Shown here: piece by piece, positions 39,960 to 49,044 of the stretch
Layout: each line of letters starts with the position of its first letter
Numbering within the stretch: position 1 is the stretch's first letter
Assembly (NCBI GenBank): GCA_943371225.1
Contig: CALRUD020000002.1
Span: 142,832-206,831 of the forward strand
Origin: Rhizobium sp. Q54
GTDB taxonomy: Bacteria > Pseudomonadota > Gammaproteobacteria > Burkholderiales > Burkholderiaceae_C
Direction: 5' to 3'
Length of the DNA stretch: 64,000 bases
Made by a program: the position numbers and the translations under genes
The notes under the pieces: model-generated
Database searches by the model: none
What the model saw: the letters and a program-made list of their open reading frames with translations, nothing else
Told to the model about the DNA's origin: nothing

Positions 39960-41378
39960 TCAGGTGGCGCGGTTGCGGGCCAGCGGTGGGTTGCGTGCGA
40001 AGTAGCGCGAGATGCCGCGCATCAGGGCGTCGGCAAGCTGCACTTGATACTCTTCGCTGCGCAGGCGTGCCTCTTCTTCCGGGTTGCTGATGAACGCGGT
40101 TTCCACCAGCACGCTGGGAATGTCGGGCGCCTTGAGCACCGCAAAGCCGGCCTGCTCGACGCGCGGCTTGTGCAGTTTGCCAACGCTTCCGATCTCGCCG
40201 AGCATGGCGGTGCCGAGCTTGAGACTGTCGTTGATCTGCGCGGTGGTGCTCATGTCCAGCAGCGCCTTGGCCACCTGTGCATCCTTGGCCTTGACGTTCA
40301 CGCCGCCAACCAGATCGGCCGAGTTTTCTTTGTCGGCAATCCAGCGTGCGGCACTGCTGGAGGCACCCTTTTCGCTCAGCGCGAACACGCTGGCGCCCCG
40401 TGGTCTGGCAGTGAAGAAGGCGTCTGCATGGATGCTGATGAAGAGGTCGGCCTTCACGCGCCGGGCTTTTTGCACGCGCACATGCAAGGGCACAAAAAAA
40501 TCAGCATCGCGTGTGAGGTAAGCCCGCATGTTGGGCTGCCGGTTGATGCGGTCGCGCAGCCGCTGCGCAATCTGCAGCACCACGTCTTTCTCGCGTGTGC
40601 CTCCGGGGCCGATGGCGCCGGGGTCTTCGCCGCCGTGACCCGGGTCCAGCGCCACGATGACGAGCCGATCGGTCTTGCCATCGGGCTCTGTGGCTGCATC
40701 AGGCTGCGACTTTCTGTCGGGGCTGCGTGCCGTAGACGGTTGTACGGACGGTGCGGGGGCCGGGGATGCAGGAGAGGCGGGTTTGCCGGATTGCCGTGCG
40801 ATCAATTCGCCGAGAGGATCGGCCGCAGGTGTTTCTGCGGGCGCCGGTGCGGGGGGCTGGCCCGATGGTCTGGTCTCGGACAGTCGCTCGGCGATCAGGG
40901 CCTCCAGCGGGTCGACCGCCTGCGCCGGATAGAGGTCGAACACCAGCCGGTGCTGGTAGGCGGCCACCGGTTGCAGTGTGAACACCTGCGGCAGCATGGG
41001 CCGCTTGAGGTCGATCACCAGCCGCACAACGCCCGGCGCATTCTGGCCGACGCGCATGCCGGCGATGTATGGGTCGTCGGGCTTGACCTTGGCGACCAGT
41101 TCGCGCAAAGCGGGAATCAGGTCAATGCCCTCGATGTCTACCGCCAGCCGGGGCGGCTCGGCAATGAAGAACTGCCTCGCCTTGAGTTCGGTGTCGGACT
41201 CGATGGTCAGCCGCGTGTAGTCCTTTGACGGCCAGACCCGCACCGCCACGATGCTGGCGCCATGCGCAAGGTGCTGCACCCCGAGCAACAGCACCAGGCT
41301 TCCCCTTTTCAGGATCTCTCGCCGGCTGGCCTCGGCGGCCGCCAGAAAGCTGCGCTCCGGAAGCGAGGTGTCTTTCAT
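39960..41378 (-). CDS. amiC: N-acetylmuramoyl-L-alanine amidase (AMIN plus Amidase_3)
   Basis: Tat-like RREILK, RVWPSKDYTR, LDPGHGGEDPGA, SIHADA and PSVLVETAFISN motifs. Confidence 0.93.
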   Translation of the reverse strand: MKDTSLPERSFLAAAEASRREILKRGSLVLLLGVQHLAHGASIVAVRVWPSKDYTRLTIESDTELKARQFFIAEPPRLAVDIEGIDLIPALRELVAKVKPDDPYIAGMRVGQNAPGVVRLVIDLKRPMLPQVFTLQPVAAYQHRLVFDLYPAQAVDPLEALIAERLSETRPSGQPPAPAPAETPAADPLGELIARQSGKPASPASPAPAPSVQPSTARSPDRKSQPDAATEPDGKTDRLVIVALDPGHGGEDPGAIGPGGTREKDVVLQIAQRLRDRINRQPNMRAYLTRDADFFVPLHVRVQKARRVKADLFISIHADAFFTARPRGASVFALSEKGASSSAARWIADKENSADLVGGVNVKAKDAQVAKALLDMSTTAQINDSLKLGTAMLGEIGSVGKLHKPRVEQAGFAVLKAPDIPSVLVETAFISNPEEEARLRSEEYQVQLADALMRGISRYFARNPPLARNRAT

Positions 41379-41881
41379 GCGATCAGTTCCGCACCGACGG
41401 GTGTGCGCGCGGTGAGCGTGACTGAGCGGGCTTCATCAGCCTGCAGGTCGATTTGCATCAGCAGGTCGGGCGACGGCAGATGCTCGCCCGCTTTTTCTGG
41501 CCACTCCACCAGTTTCAAACCGGGGCTCGCAAAGATGTCGCGAAAACCGGCGTCCTCCCACTCCTTGGGATCGTTGAAACGATAGAAATCAAAGTGCCAG
41601 ATGTGGAGGCCCGGCTGTTGCGGTGCTGCATCCAGCGTGTAGGGCTCCACCACCGCATAGGTCGGGCTCTTGATGCGACCCTGTACCCCAAGGCTGTGCA
41701 GCAGGTGGCGCACAAAGGTGGTTTTGCCTGCACCCAGATCGCCTTGCAGCTCAATCAATGCATTGCTGATGCCCGGCTGTCCTGCAAGTGACCGCGCGAA
41801 AGCCTCTGTCTGGCCTTCGCTCTGCCAGACAATGTTTTTTACAATCAGTGGGTGCCGGTCAGCAACTCTTTGGGCAGTCAT
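41375..41881 (-). CDS. tsaE: tRNA threonylcarbamoyladenosine biosynthesis ATPase TsaE
   Basis: GDLGAGKTTF, KSPTY, HFDFYRF and LVEWPEKA motifs. Start uncertain because it overlaps the queG start. Confidence 0.93.
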   Translation of the reverse strand: MTAQRVADRHPLIVKNIVWQSEGQTEAFARSLAGQPGISNALIELQGDLGAGKTTFVRHLLHSLGVQGRIKSPTYAVVEPYTLDAAPQQPGLHIWHFDFYRFNDPKEWEDAGFRDIFASPGLKLVEWPEKAGEHLPSPDLLMQIDLQADEARSVTLTARTPVGAELIA

Positions 41882-42970
41882 CAATTCGTTTCTCAAATTC
41901 AAACTTGGGCGCGCGAGCTTGGATTTTCGCAAATTGGGGTGGCAGGCGTCGATCTGACCTCAGCAGAACCCGGATTATCGGCCTGGCTCGCCGCAGGCTT
42001 TCATGGTGACATGCAATACATGGCGGCGCACGGTCTCAAGCGCGCGCGGCCGGCCGAGCTGGTTCCCGGCACCGTGAGTGTGATCACGGCACGCATGGAC
42101 TACCTTCCAGCCGCCACACGGACCAAAGCGGGGCAATGGCAATCGGTGGAGTTGAGTCGTTTGCAGCGACCCGCCGAAGGCGTGGTGTCGATTTACGCGC
42201 GAGGCCGGGATTACCATAAGGTCATGCGCCAGCGGCTGCAGAAGCTGGCACTCCAGTTGGCCGATGCCGTGGGTCCGATGGGCCATCGCGTCTTCACCGA
42301 CTCCGCCCCCGTACTGGAAGCTGAACTGGCCGCGCGTTCCGGACAGGGTTGGCGTGGCAAGCACACCCTGCTGCTCAACCGCGAGGCCGGTTCGATGTTT
42401 TTCCTTGGAGAAATCTATGTCGACGTGGCGCTTCCTCCGAGCGAGCCCATCACCCCGCACTGCGGCACCTGCAGCGCCTGCATTGACATCTGCCCGACGC
42501 AGGCCATCGTGGCGCCGCACCGGCTGGATGCGCGCCGCTGCATCTCCTACCTGACCATTGAGCACGCGGGGCCAATTCCACTGGCGCTGCGCCCGCTGAT
42601 GGGTAACCGCATTTACGGCTGCGACGACTGCCAGCTGGTCTGCCCGTGGAACAAGTTCGCGCAGCGCAGCGCCTTGCCTGATTTTGATGAACGCGCCGGC
42701 CTGTCGGGTCAGGAACTGGTGACGCTGTTTGAATGGAGTGAAGCCGATTTCTTGGCGATGACCGAGGGCAGTGCCATCCGGCGCATCGGCCACGAGCGCT
42801 GGCTGCGCAACATCGCGGTAGCCATGGGCAATGCCTTGCGGGCTTCGTCAACGACTGATCCGCAGGCTGCGCTGGCGATTCGCACCAGCCTGCAGTTGCG
42901 CCAGCCGGGCAGTTCGCCGCTGGTGGCCGAACACATCGATTGGGCTTTGGCGCAGCAGGGGAACGCGTGA
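41852..42970 (+). CDS. queG: Epoxyqueuosine reductase
   Basis: YARGRDYHKV, DSAPVLE, CGTCSACIDICPT and IYGCDDCQLVCPWN motifs. Confidence 0.95.
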   Translation: MPVSNSLGSHQFVSQIQTWARELGFSQIGVAGVDLTSAEPGLSAWLAAGFHGDMQYMAAHGLKRARPAELVPGTVSVITARMDYLPAATRTKAGQWQSVELSRLQRPAEGVVSIYARGRDYHKVMRQRLQKLALQLADAVGPMGHRVFTDSAPVLEAELAARSGQGWRGKHTLLLNREAGSMFFLGEIYVDVALPPSEPITPHCGTCSACIDICPTQAIVAPHRLDARRCISYLTIEHAGPIPLALRPLMGNRIYGCDDCQLVCPWNKFAQRSALPDFDERAGLSGQELVTLFEWSEADFLAMTEGSAIRRIGHERWLRNIAVAMGNALRASSTTDPQAALAIRTSLQLRQPGSSPLVAEHIDWALAQQGNA

Positions 42971-42983
42971 ACTAATCCAGCCG

Positions 42984-43889
42984 TCAGCGCAGAATGCCCA
43001 GCGCAAACGGCAGGCTGACTACACCCAGCAGGGTGGACAAAGTCACCAGCCCTGCGACGTAGCCGCCGTTGTAGCCCATGCGCGCGGCCAGCACGTAAGC
43101 ACTCGAGGCGGTGGGCAGGGCCGAGAAGGCCAGCAGCATGGTCGTCTGGGTCGGTGGCAACGAAAACGCCTTCGCCAGCCCCAGCGCCGCCAGCGGCAGC
43201 AGCAGGTGCTTGATGGTCAAAACACTCACCGCCAGCAGCTTGGCCTGCGACAACTGACTGAATTGCATGCCCGCGCCCGCCGCCATCAGGCCTAGAGCGA
43301 GTGAGGCCGCGCCCAGCCGGGTCACGGTGGGCTCCAGCCACACCGGCAGCACAAAGCCGAGCAGGTTGGCGACCAATCCGGTGGCGGTGGCCAGAATCAG
43401 CGGGTTGCGCACCAGCTCACGCGCAAAACCGCGCTGGGCGTGCCGCGCCATCGGCCAGACGGCGCCGACGTTGAACAGCGGCACGCAGACACCGATCAGC
43501 ACGGCAATCAGCTGCAATCCCTCAGGCCCCGCCAGGCGCTCGGCCAGTGCCAGGCCAATGAAGGAGTTGAAGCGGAAGGCCACCTGCGCGCTGGCGGCGT
43601 GGTCCCTGCGGTCAATGTGCCGACCCAGCCACGGCCAGTGCGGGAGGCTGTAGGCCAGTGCAATGCCGGTGACGCCCAGTAGCAGACCGGCGCCGATCAG
43701 GCTGGACGCGGCGACGACGTCGAGCGGGCTTTTCACGATCGAGTGAAACAGCAGCACCGGAAAGAGGAAGTAATACACCAGGCTTTCCACCTGCTCCCAA
43801 ACGGTGCGCCCAAGTGCGGTGTAGCGGCAGACCAGGTAGCCGCAAAGGATGAGCGAGAAGTCGGGAAAAAGAAGTTGCGCGTAATTCAC
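42984..43889 (-). CDS. AEC family transporter
   Basis: YYFLFPVLLF, FRFNSFIG, NPLILAT and LPTASSAYVLA motifs. GTG start. Confidence 0.88.
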   Translation of the reverse strand: MNYAQLLFPDFSLILCGYLVCRYTALGRTVWEQVESLVYYFLFPVLLFHSIVKSPLDVVAASSLIGAGLLLGVTGIALAYSLPHWPWLGRHIDRRDHAASAQVAFRFNSFIGLALAERLAGPEGLQLIAVLIGVCVPLFNVGAVWPMARHAQRGFARELVRNPLILATATGLVANLLGFVLPVWLEPTVTRLGAASLALGLMAAGAGMQFSQLSQAKLLAVSVLTIKHLLLPLAALGLAKAFSLPPTQTTMLLAFSALPTASSAYVLAARMGYNGGYVAGLVTLSTLLGVVSLPFALGILR

Positions 43890-44011
43890 CTGCTGAGAAT
43901 AACGCGAATCACAGCCCATCCCCGGGTTTGCCCTTATGCGTAATCCACAATCGAGCTTCTTGAATCTTGGCTTTACGATTCCATCTGATTTCACACAGGA
44001 AGGATCTCTCC

Positions 44012-44983
44012 ATGCAACGACGCTATCTCCTCGCTCTTTCGACGCTGGCTCTGGCCGCAGCCTCCGGCGCCGCGCTGGCTCAGGGTTACCCGAACAAAGT
44101 CATCAAGCTGCAGGTGCCGTTTGCACCGGGCGGTACCACCGACATCGTGGCCCGCGTGATTTCAGAGCCACTGGGCAAGGCGCTCGGCCAGTCCGTGGTG
44201 GTGGAGAACAAGGCAGGTGGCGGCGGTGTGGTCGGCGCACTGGAAACGGCGCGCGCCACGCCGGACGGTTACTCGCTTGGCATGGCCACGGTCTCGACCA
44301 CGGCAGCGAACCCGGCCATCAACCCCAAGATTCCCTACGATGTATCGACGGACTTCACGCCCATCATCAACATCGCGGCCACGCCCAACATCATTGCGGT
44401 GCACCCCAGCTTCCCGGCCCGCAATTACAAGGAATTTGTGGCTGAGATCAAGAAGAATCCCGGCAAGTATTCGTATGCGTCTTCCGGCACTGGTGGCATC
44501 GGCCACCTGCAGACGGAGCTGTTCAAAAGCCTGAGCGGCACTTTCATCACGCACATTCCCTACCGCGGTGCAGGTCCGGCGCTGAACGACACGGTGGCTG
44601 GTCAGGTACAGATCATTTTTGACAATATTCCATCGGCGCTGCCTTTCATTCAGCAAAAGCGCCTGATCCCCATCGTGGTCGCGGCGCCCCAGCGTCTGTC
44701 GGTCATGCCGGATGTGCCGACCTTCAAGGAAGTCGGGCTGGAGCCGGTGAATCGCATGGCTTACTACGGCATCCTCGGCCCCAAGGGTCTGTCCAAGGAA
44801 GTTGTGGACAAGGTCAGTGCGGCCACACTCAAGGCGCTGCAGGACCCAGCGGTGCGCAAGCGTATTGAGGACACCGGTTCACTGATCATCGGCAACACGC
44901 CGGAGCAGTTCGCTGTACAGATGAAAGCCGAGTACGACGTGTACAAGAAAGTAGTGGAGTCGGCCAAACTCAAGCTCGAATAA
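44012..44983 (+). CDS. Bug/TctC tripartite tricarboxylate transporter solute-binding protein
   Basis: VPFAPGGTTD, VENKAGGGG, YASSGTG and HIPYRGAGPA motifs. Confidence 0.92.
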   Translation: MQRRYLLALSTLALAAASGAALAQGYPNKVIKLQVPFAPGGTTDIVARVISEPLGKALGQSVVVENKAGGGGVVGALETARATPDGYSLGMATVSTTAANPAINPKIPYDVSTDFTPIINIAATPNIIAVHPSFPARNYKEFVAEIKKNPGKYSYASSGTGGIGHLQTELFKSLSGTFITHIPYRGAGPALNDTVAGQVQIIFDNIPSALPFIQQKRLIPIVVAAPQRLSVMPDVPTFKEVGLEPVNRMAYYGILGPKGLSKEVVDKVSAATLKALQDPAVRKRIEDTGSLIIGNTPEQFAVQMKAEYDVYKKVVESAKLKLE

Positions 44984-45015
44984 GTGGAGCCGCCGGGCTT
45001 GGCCCGGCCCAAGAG

Positions 45016-45047
45016 CCGCCGCACGCGCCAGTGTCCGGCGGTTTTTT
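45016..45047 (+). terminator. Intrinsic terminator after the Bug gene
   Basis: CCGCCG...CGGCGG stem followed by TTTTTT. Confidence 0.6.
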
Positions 45048-45105
45048 CTTTTCTGCTGTTCTTTGCGGGTTCCGCTTTCGTTTTGGTTTTTGTTATGGTC
45101 TGAGC

Positions 45106-46008
45106 ATGCACGACCACAGCCAGTCACGTATCGACAGCTTCATTGACGCCCTGTGGCTGGAAGACGGGTTGAGCAAGAACACGCTGGCGGCGTACCGGCG
45201 CGACCTGTCCCTGTTTGCTGAGTGGCTGGGTGCGACCGCTCAAGGCGGGCGCCACCTCGATGAGGCGTTGGAGACCGATCTGCATGGTTATTTCGCCGCG
45301 CGCCATGCGGTAACGCGGGCCACTTCTGCGAACCGGCGCCTGACGGTCTTCAAGCGCTATTTCCGCTGGGCACTGCGCGAACGAATGATCGTGGCAGACC
45401 CCACCCTCAAGCTGCAGTCGGCCAAACAGGCGCTGCGGGTGCCCAAGACCATGAGCGAGGCCCAGGTCGAATCGCTGCTGGCGGCGCCGGACGAGGGCAC
45501 CCCACTGGGTCAGCGCGACCGGGCGATGCTGGAGCTGATGTACGCCAGTGGCTTGCGGGTGAGCGAGCTGGTGCGGCTCAAGACCTTCCAGCTGGGCCTC
45601 AATGAGGGCGTGCTGCGCGTCATGGGCAAAGGCAGCAAGGAGCGGCTGGTGCCCTTCGGACAGGTGGCGCGTGACTGCGTAGTGCACTACATGGCCGAGG
45701 CGCGGCAGGCCATTCTGGGTGGGCAGCAGACCGACGACCTGTTTGTCACCGGCCATGGCAAGGGCATGAGCCGCGTGATGTTCTGGATGCTGGTCAAGAA
45801 ATACGCCAAGCGGGCCCACATCACCTCACCGCTGTCGCCGCACACCCTGCGGCACGCCTTTGCCACGCACCTGCTCAATCACGGCGCCGATCTGCGGGCG
45901 GTGCAGATGCTGCTTGGCCATTCGGACATTTCGACCACCACGATCTACACCCACGTGGCACGCGAACGGCTCAAGGCCTTGCATGCGCAGCATCATCCAC
46001 GGGGATGA
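45106..46008 (+). CDS. xerD: Site-specific tyrosine recombinase XerD
   Basis: LWLEDGLSKNTL.AYRRDL, ELMYASGLRVSEL, GKGSKERLVP and HTLRHAFATHLLNHGADLR..Q.LLGH..ISTT.IY motifs. Confidence 0.93.
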   Translation: MHDHSQSRIDSFIDALWLEDGLSKNTLAAYRRDLSLFAEWLGATAQGGRHLDEALETDLHGYFAARHAVTRATSANRRLTVFKRYFRWALRERMIVADPTLKLQSAKQALRVPKTMSEAQVESLLAAPDEGTPLGQRDRAMLELMYASGLRVSELVRLKTFQLGLNEGVLRVMGKGSKERLVPFGQVARDCVVHYMAEARQAILGGQQTDDLFVTGHGKGMSRVMFWMLVKKYAKRAHITSPLSPHTLRHAFATHLLNHGADLRAVQMLLGHSDISTTTIYTHVARERLKALHAQHHPRG

Positions 46009-46027
46009 TGTACCAGGCGCTGCGCCT

Positions 46028-47293
46028 TCAGGCATACATGTACTGGCGGTTGAAGGGGTAAGTCGCCGGCGCGTCTTGTGTCGACATGCGATGCCCGCCG
46101 TCTGACGGGCGCGCCGCCAGCAACTGGTGCAGCGAAATCCAGCCTTGCTCGAAACTCATCGCACTGCCGGCAAGATAAAGCCGGTACGCGCGCAGGGTTT
46201 TTTCGGCTTGCGCCGGTCCGCCGTCGGCGGCCAGCACTGCGCAGGCTTCGCCCAGCCGGGCCTCCAGCGCATCCGACCAGTCCCACAGCGTGCGGGCGTA
46301 GTGGGGCCGCAGGTTCTCGGTGTCAACCATTTCCAGGCCGGCGCTGGACAGGTGCTCCAACACCGCGCTGACATGCAGCAGTTCCCCGCCGGGAAAGATG
46401 TACTTTTCGATGAAGTCACCCATGCCTGCGCCCAGCTGATGGTTGTTCAGGCCGCCTGCGGTGATGCCGTGGTTCATGACCAGGCCACCTGGGCGCAGCA
46501 GGCGCAGGATCTTTGCAAAGTAGTCGGTCATGTGCGCCTGACCGACATGCTCGAACATGCCGACCGAGGAGATTTTTTCAAATGGTCGGTCTTCAGGCAT
46601 CTGGCGGTAGTCACGCAGCTCGATACGCACCCGCGCACCCAGGCCTTTGGCGTCGATCAGGCGTTGTACATGGGCGTACTGATTCTTCGATAGCGTGATG
46701 CCGGTCGCGTCCACCCCGTAATGCTCGGCCGCCCACATCAGCAATGCACCCCAGCCCGCTCCGATGTCTAGAAAGCGCTCGCCAGGCCGCAGCATCAGCT
46801 TGCGGCAGATGTGGTCCAGCTTGGCTTCTTGCGCCTGACTGAGCGTCATGGACGGCTCCCGGTAGTAGGCGCAGGAATACACGCGCTGCGGGTCCAGCCA
46901 CAGGGCATAAAACGCATCAGAAACGTCGTAGTGGAACTGAATCTGCTCGGCATCACGCGCAGGTGTATGGGCCGACATGGAACGAGCCCGCTGCAGCAGG
47001 CTGGCCCACCAGCCGGTATCGCTTTCCAAGGGGCTGCCGGGAAGCAGCCCGGTCATCACCCGCATGATGTCGCGCATGGTGCCCTCGATCTGCAGCTTGC
47101 CTTCCACATAGTCTTCGGCGAGGGCGCCGATCTGGCCGGCCTTCAGCCTCGCCAGACTGGACCAACTCGACAGCGACATGCGGACGGTTGCGTCGTGCGA
47201 GCCCAGTCGCTGGCCCTGGGGCAACTCCAGCGCGATGTTGGCAGGCAGACCGGACAGCCGCGCTGCGAAGCCGGGAAGCAGGTTCTGGAACAT
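46028..47293 (-). CDS. Cyclopropane-fatty-acyl-phospholipid synthase family SAM methyltransferase
   Basis: IQFHYDVS, RVYSCAY, LDIGAGWG, SVGMFEHVG and YIFPGG motifs. Confidence 0.88.
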   Translation of the reverse strand: MFQNLLPGFAARLSGLPANIALELPQGQRLGSHDATVRMSLSSWSSLARLKAGQIGALAEDYVEGKLQIEGTMRDIMRVMTGLLPGSPLESDTGWWASLLQRARSMSAHTPARDAEQIQFHYDVSDAFYALWLDPQRVYSCAYYREPSMTLSQAQEAKLDHICRKLMLRPGERFLDIGAGWGALLMWAAEHYGVDATGITLSKNQYAHVQRLIDAKGLGARVRIELRDYRQMPEDRPFEKISSVGMFEHVGQAHMTDYFAKILRLLRPGGLVMNHGITAGGLNNHQLGAGMGDFIEKYIFPGGELLHVSAVLEHLSSAGLEMVDTENLRPHYARTLWDWSDALEARLGEACAVLAADGGPAQAEKTLRAYRLYLAGSAMSFEQGWISLHQLLAARPSDGGHRMSTQDAPATYPFNRQYMYA

Positions 47294-47436
47294 ACGGACA
47301 CCCCCTTGAAGCAGAACGGGTGGGCTTCGCCCATGCGAACCTGAAGGTAACTGTTCTGCAGAAGGCGGAGTCTAAACCTGCATGCGGCCTGCGTCAGTGT
47401 GTGGATGTGAGTTGCTTGATCCGTGTCAATGGGCCC

Positions 47437-48339
47437 TTATGGAGCTGCTCCCACGGGAGTGTCTCCGCGGGGGGATTTCCCCACCTGTCCGGTATCGAAA
47501 GACGCCGCTTCAAGCGCGGCCAACTCTGCGGTGGTAAAGCCTGCACGCTCACGTGCTGGCTGGTTGAAGGGCGGTCTGAGCCGGGGTGCGGCGTACTGTT
47601 CCAGCAGTACGGCGTAGTGCGCGAGGGGGTCCAAGCCGCGTTGCATGCACAGCCACCGGTACCAGCGGTTGCCGATGGCGACATGGCCAATTTCGTCCCG
47701 CAGGATCACGTCGAGGATGTCCACCGCGCGCAGCGCCTCGGGCGAGCCGACTTTGCGCAACTTGGCCTGCATGGGCGGCGTGGCGTCCAGCCCGCGGGCT
47801 TCCAGCGTGCGTGGCACCAGCGCCATGCGCGCCACGATGTCGCCGCGAGTTTTCTCGGTCATGTCCCACAGCCCGGTGTGGGCCGGGAAGTCGCCGTAGT
47901 CATGGCCCAGGCTCTGCAGATGGGCGCGCAGCAGGCTGAAGTGCAGCGCCTCTTCCGAAGCCACTTGCATCCAGTCGATGTAATAAGTGCGGGGCATGTC
48001 GCCAAATCGCCAGACAGCATCCAGTGCCAGGTTGATGGCGTTGAACTCGATATGCGTCACGGCATGCAGGAGCGCCGCCAGTCCTTCGACCGTGAAGGGC
48101 GAGCGTTTGGGGACCTTGACGTGCGAGCGCAATTCCGGACGTGCAGGGCAGCCGGGCAGCGGAGCGTCGGGCTCTGCAAGCGGACCGGTTGCGACCCTTG
48201 CAGTGCCGGATTGGTCCCATGCGGCCTGCGTCAGCGCCACCTTCTGCGCGGGGTCTGGCGTCAGCAGGGCCTCCAGCGCAAGCTGGCGCAGCTCTGGCGC
48301 CTCATCGGGCCGGGATGAATCAGCAGGGCAGGCAGTCAT
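47437..48339 (-). CDS. Ferritin-like DUF455 protein
   Basis: LHAVTHIEFNAINLALDA, EEALHF, PRTLEARGLD and DEIGHV motifs. Confidence 0.88.
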   Translation of the reverse strand: MTACPADSSRPDEAPELRQLALEALLTPDPAQKVALTQAAWDQSGTARVATGPLAEPDAPLPGCPARPELRSHVKVPKRSPFTVEGLAALLHAVTHIEFNAINLALDAVWRFGDMPRTYYIDWMQVASEEALHFSLLRAHLQSLGHDYGDFPAHTGLWDMTEKTRGDIVARMALVPRTLEARGLDATPPMQAKLRKVGSPEALRAVDILDVILRDEIGHVAIGNRWYRWLCMQRGLDPLAHYAVLLEQYAAPRLRPPFNQPARERAGFTTAELAALEAASFDTGQVGKSPRGDTPVGAAP

Positions 48340-48654
48340 TGGCAGATTGTCAGTGATGGATGCGTGAATACTATGACGACCAATGGCCCAAAATGGGCGC
48401 TTTGGCGACCTCCTGCTCGCGCACGATGCCAGAAGGTCTTTCAGGGGCGGCCGTTGTGCTTACCGCTGGCAGCAGGTACCATGATTCATTATCAATTCGT
48501 TACAGAATGATCACTCCACCCTGCAGTTCCATCTGGCCACGTCACAGCCGGACCCAGCGTCGCACCGTGAGCCTGCGGGGTGTGGCACTTGCTGCAGTCG
48601 GTACCGACCGTGTGAGGGTGCCGGTTCAGTCGGCCGTCCACCACTGAGGACCGC

Positions 48655-49044
48655 ATGAACAAAAGCATCCTGCTGATCGAGGACAACGAGGAAAACCGCT
48701 ACCTGGCGACCTTCTTGCTCGCCGGACGGGGATGGCATGTGACCCATGCACCTGACGGGCCGCGTGGTCTGGAGCTGGCGGCCCAGATGGAGCCGGCGGT
48801 GATCCTGCTCGACATCCAGCTCCCCGGCATGGACGGCTATGCGGTGGCCACGGCGCTCCGGCAGAACGCGAGCCTGGATGCGGTACCCATCGTCGCCGTC
48901 ACGTCATATGCCATGCCCGGTGATCGCGAACGCTGCATGGGGGCGGGCTGTGATGGCTATCTTGAGAAACCGATTGATCCTCTGACGTTTGTGCAGGATG
49001 TCGAATCCTTCATCAAATCCGGCAATGAACAGGCTGCCACATGA
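48655..49044 (+). CDS. Single-domain response regulator (CheY/DivK-like)
   Basis: IEDN, LLDIQLPGMDG, VTSYAM and YLEKP motifs. Confidence 0.92.
   Translation: MNKSILLIEDNEENRYLATFLLAGRGWHVTHAPDGPRGLELAAQMEPAVILLDIQLPGMDGYAVATALRQNASLDAVPIVAVTSYAMPGDRERCMGAGCDGYLEKPIDPLTFVQDVESFIKSGNEQAAT

Noticed and set aside
45106-46008. Tyrosine recombinase as the integrase for the cassette array
   Set aside because: It has XerD-specific motifs and housekeeping context, shows no obvious IntI-specific insertion, and lies 28 kb from the array.
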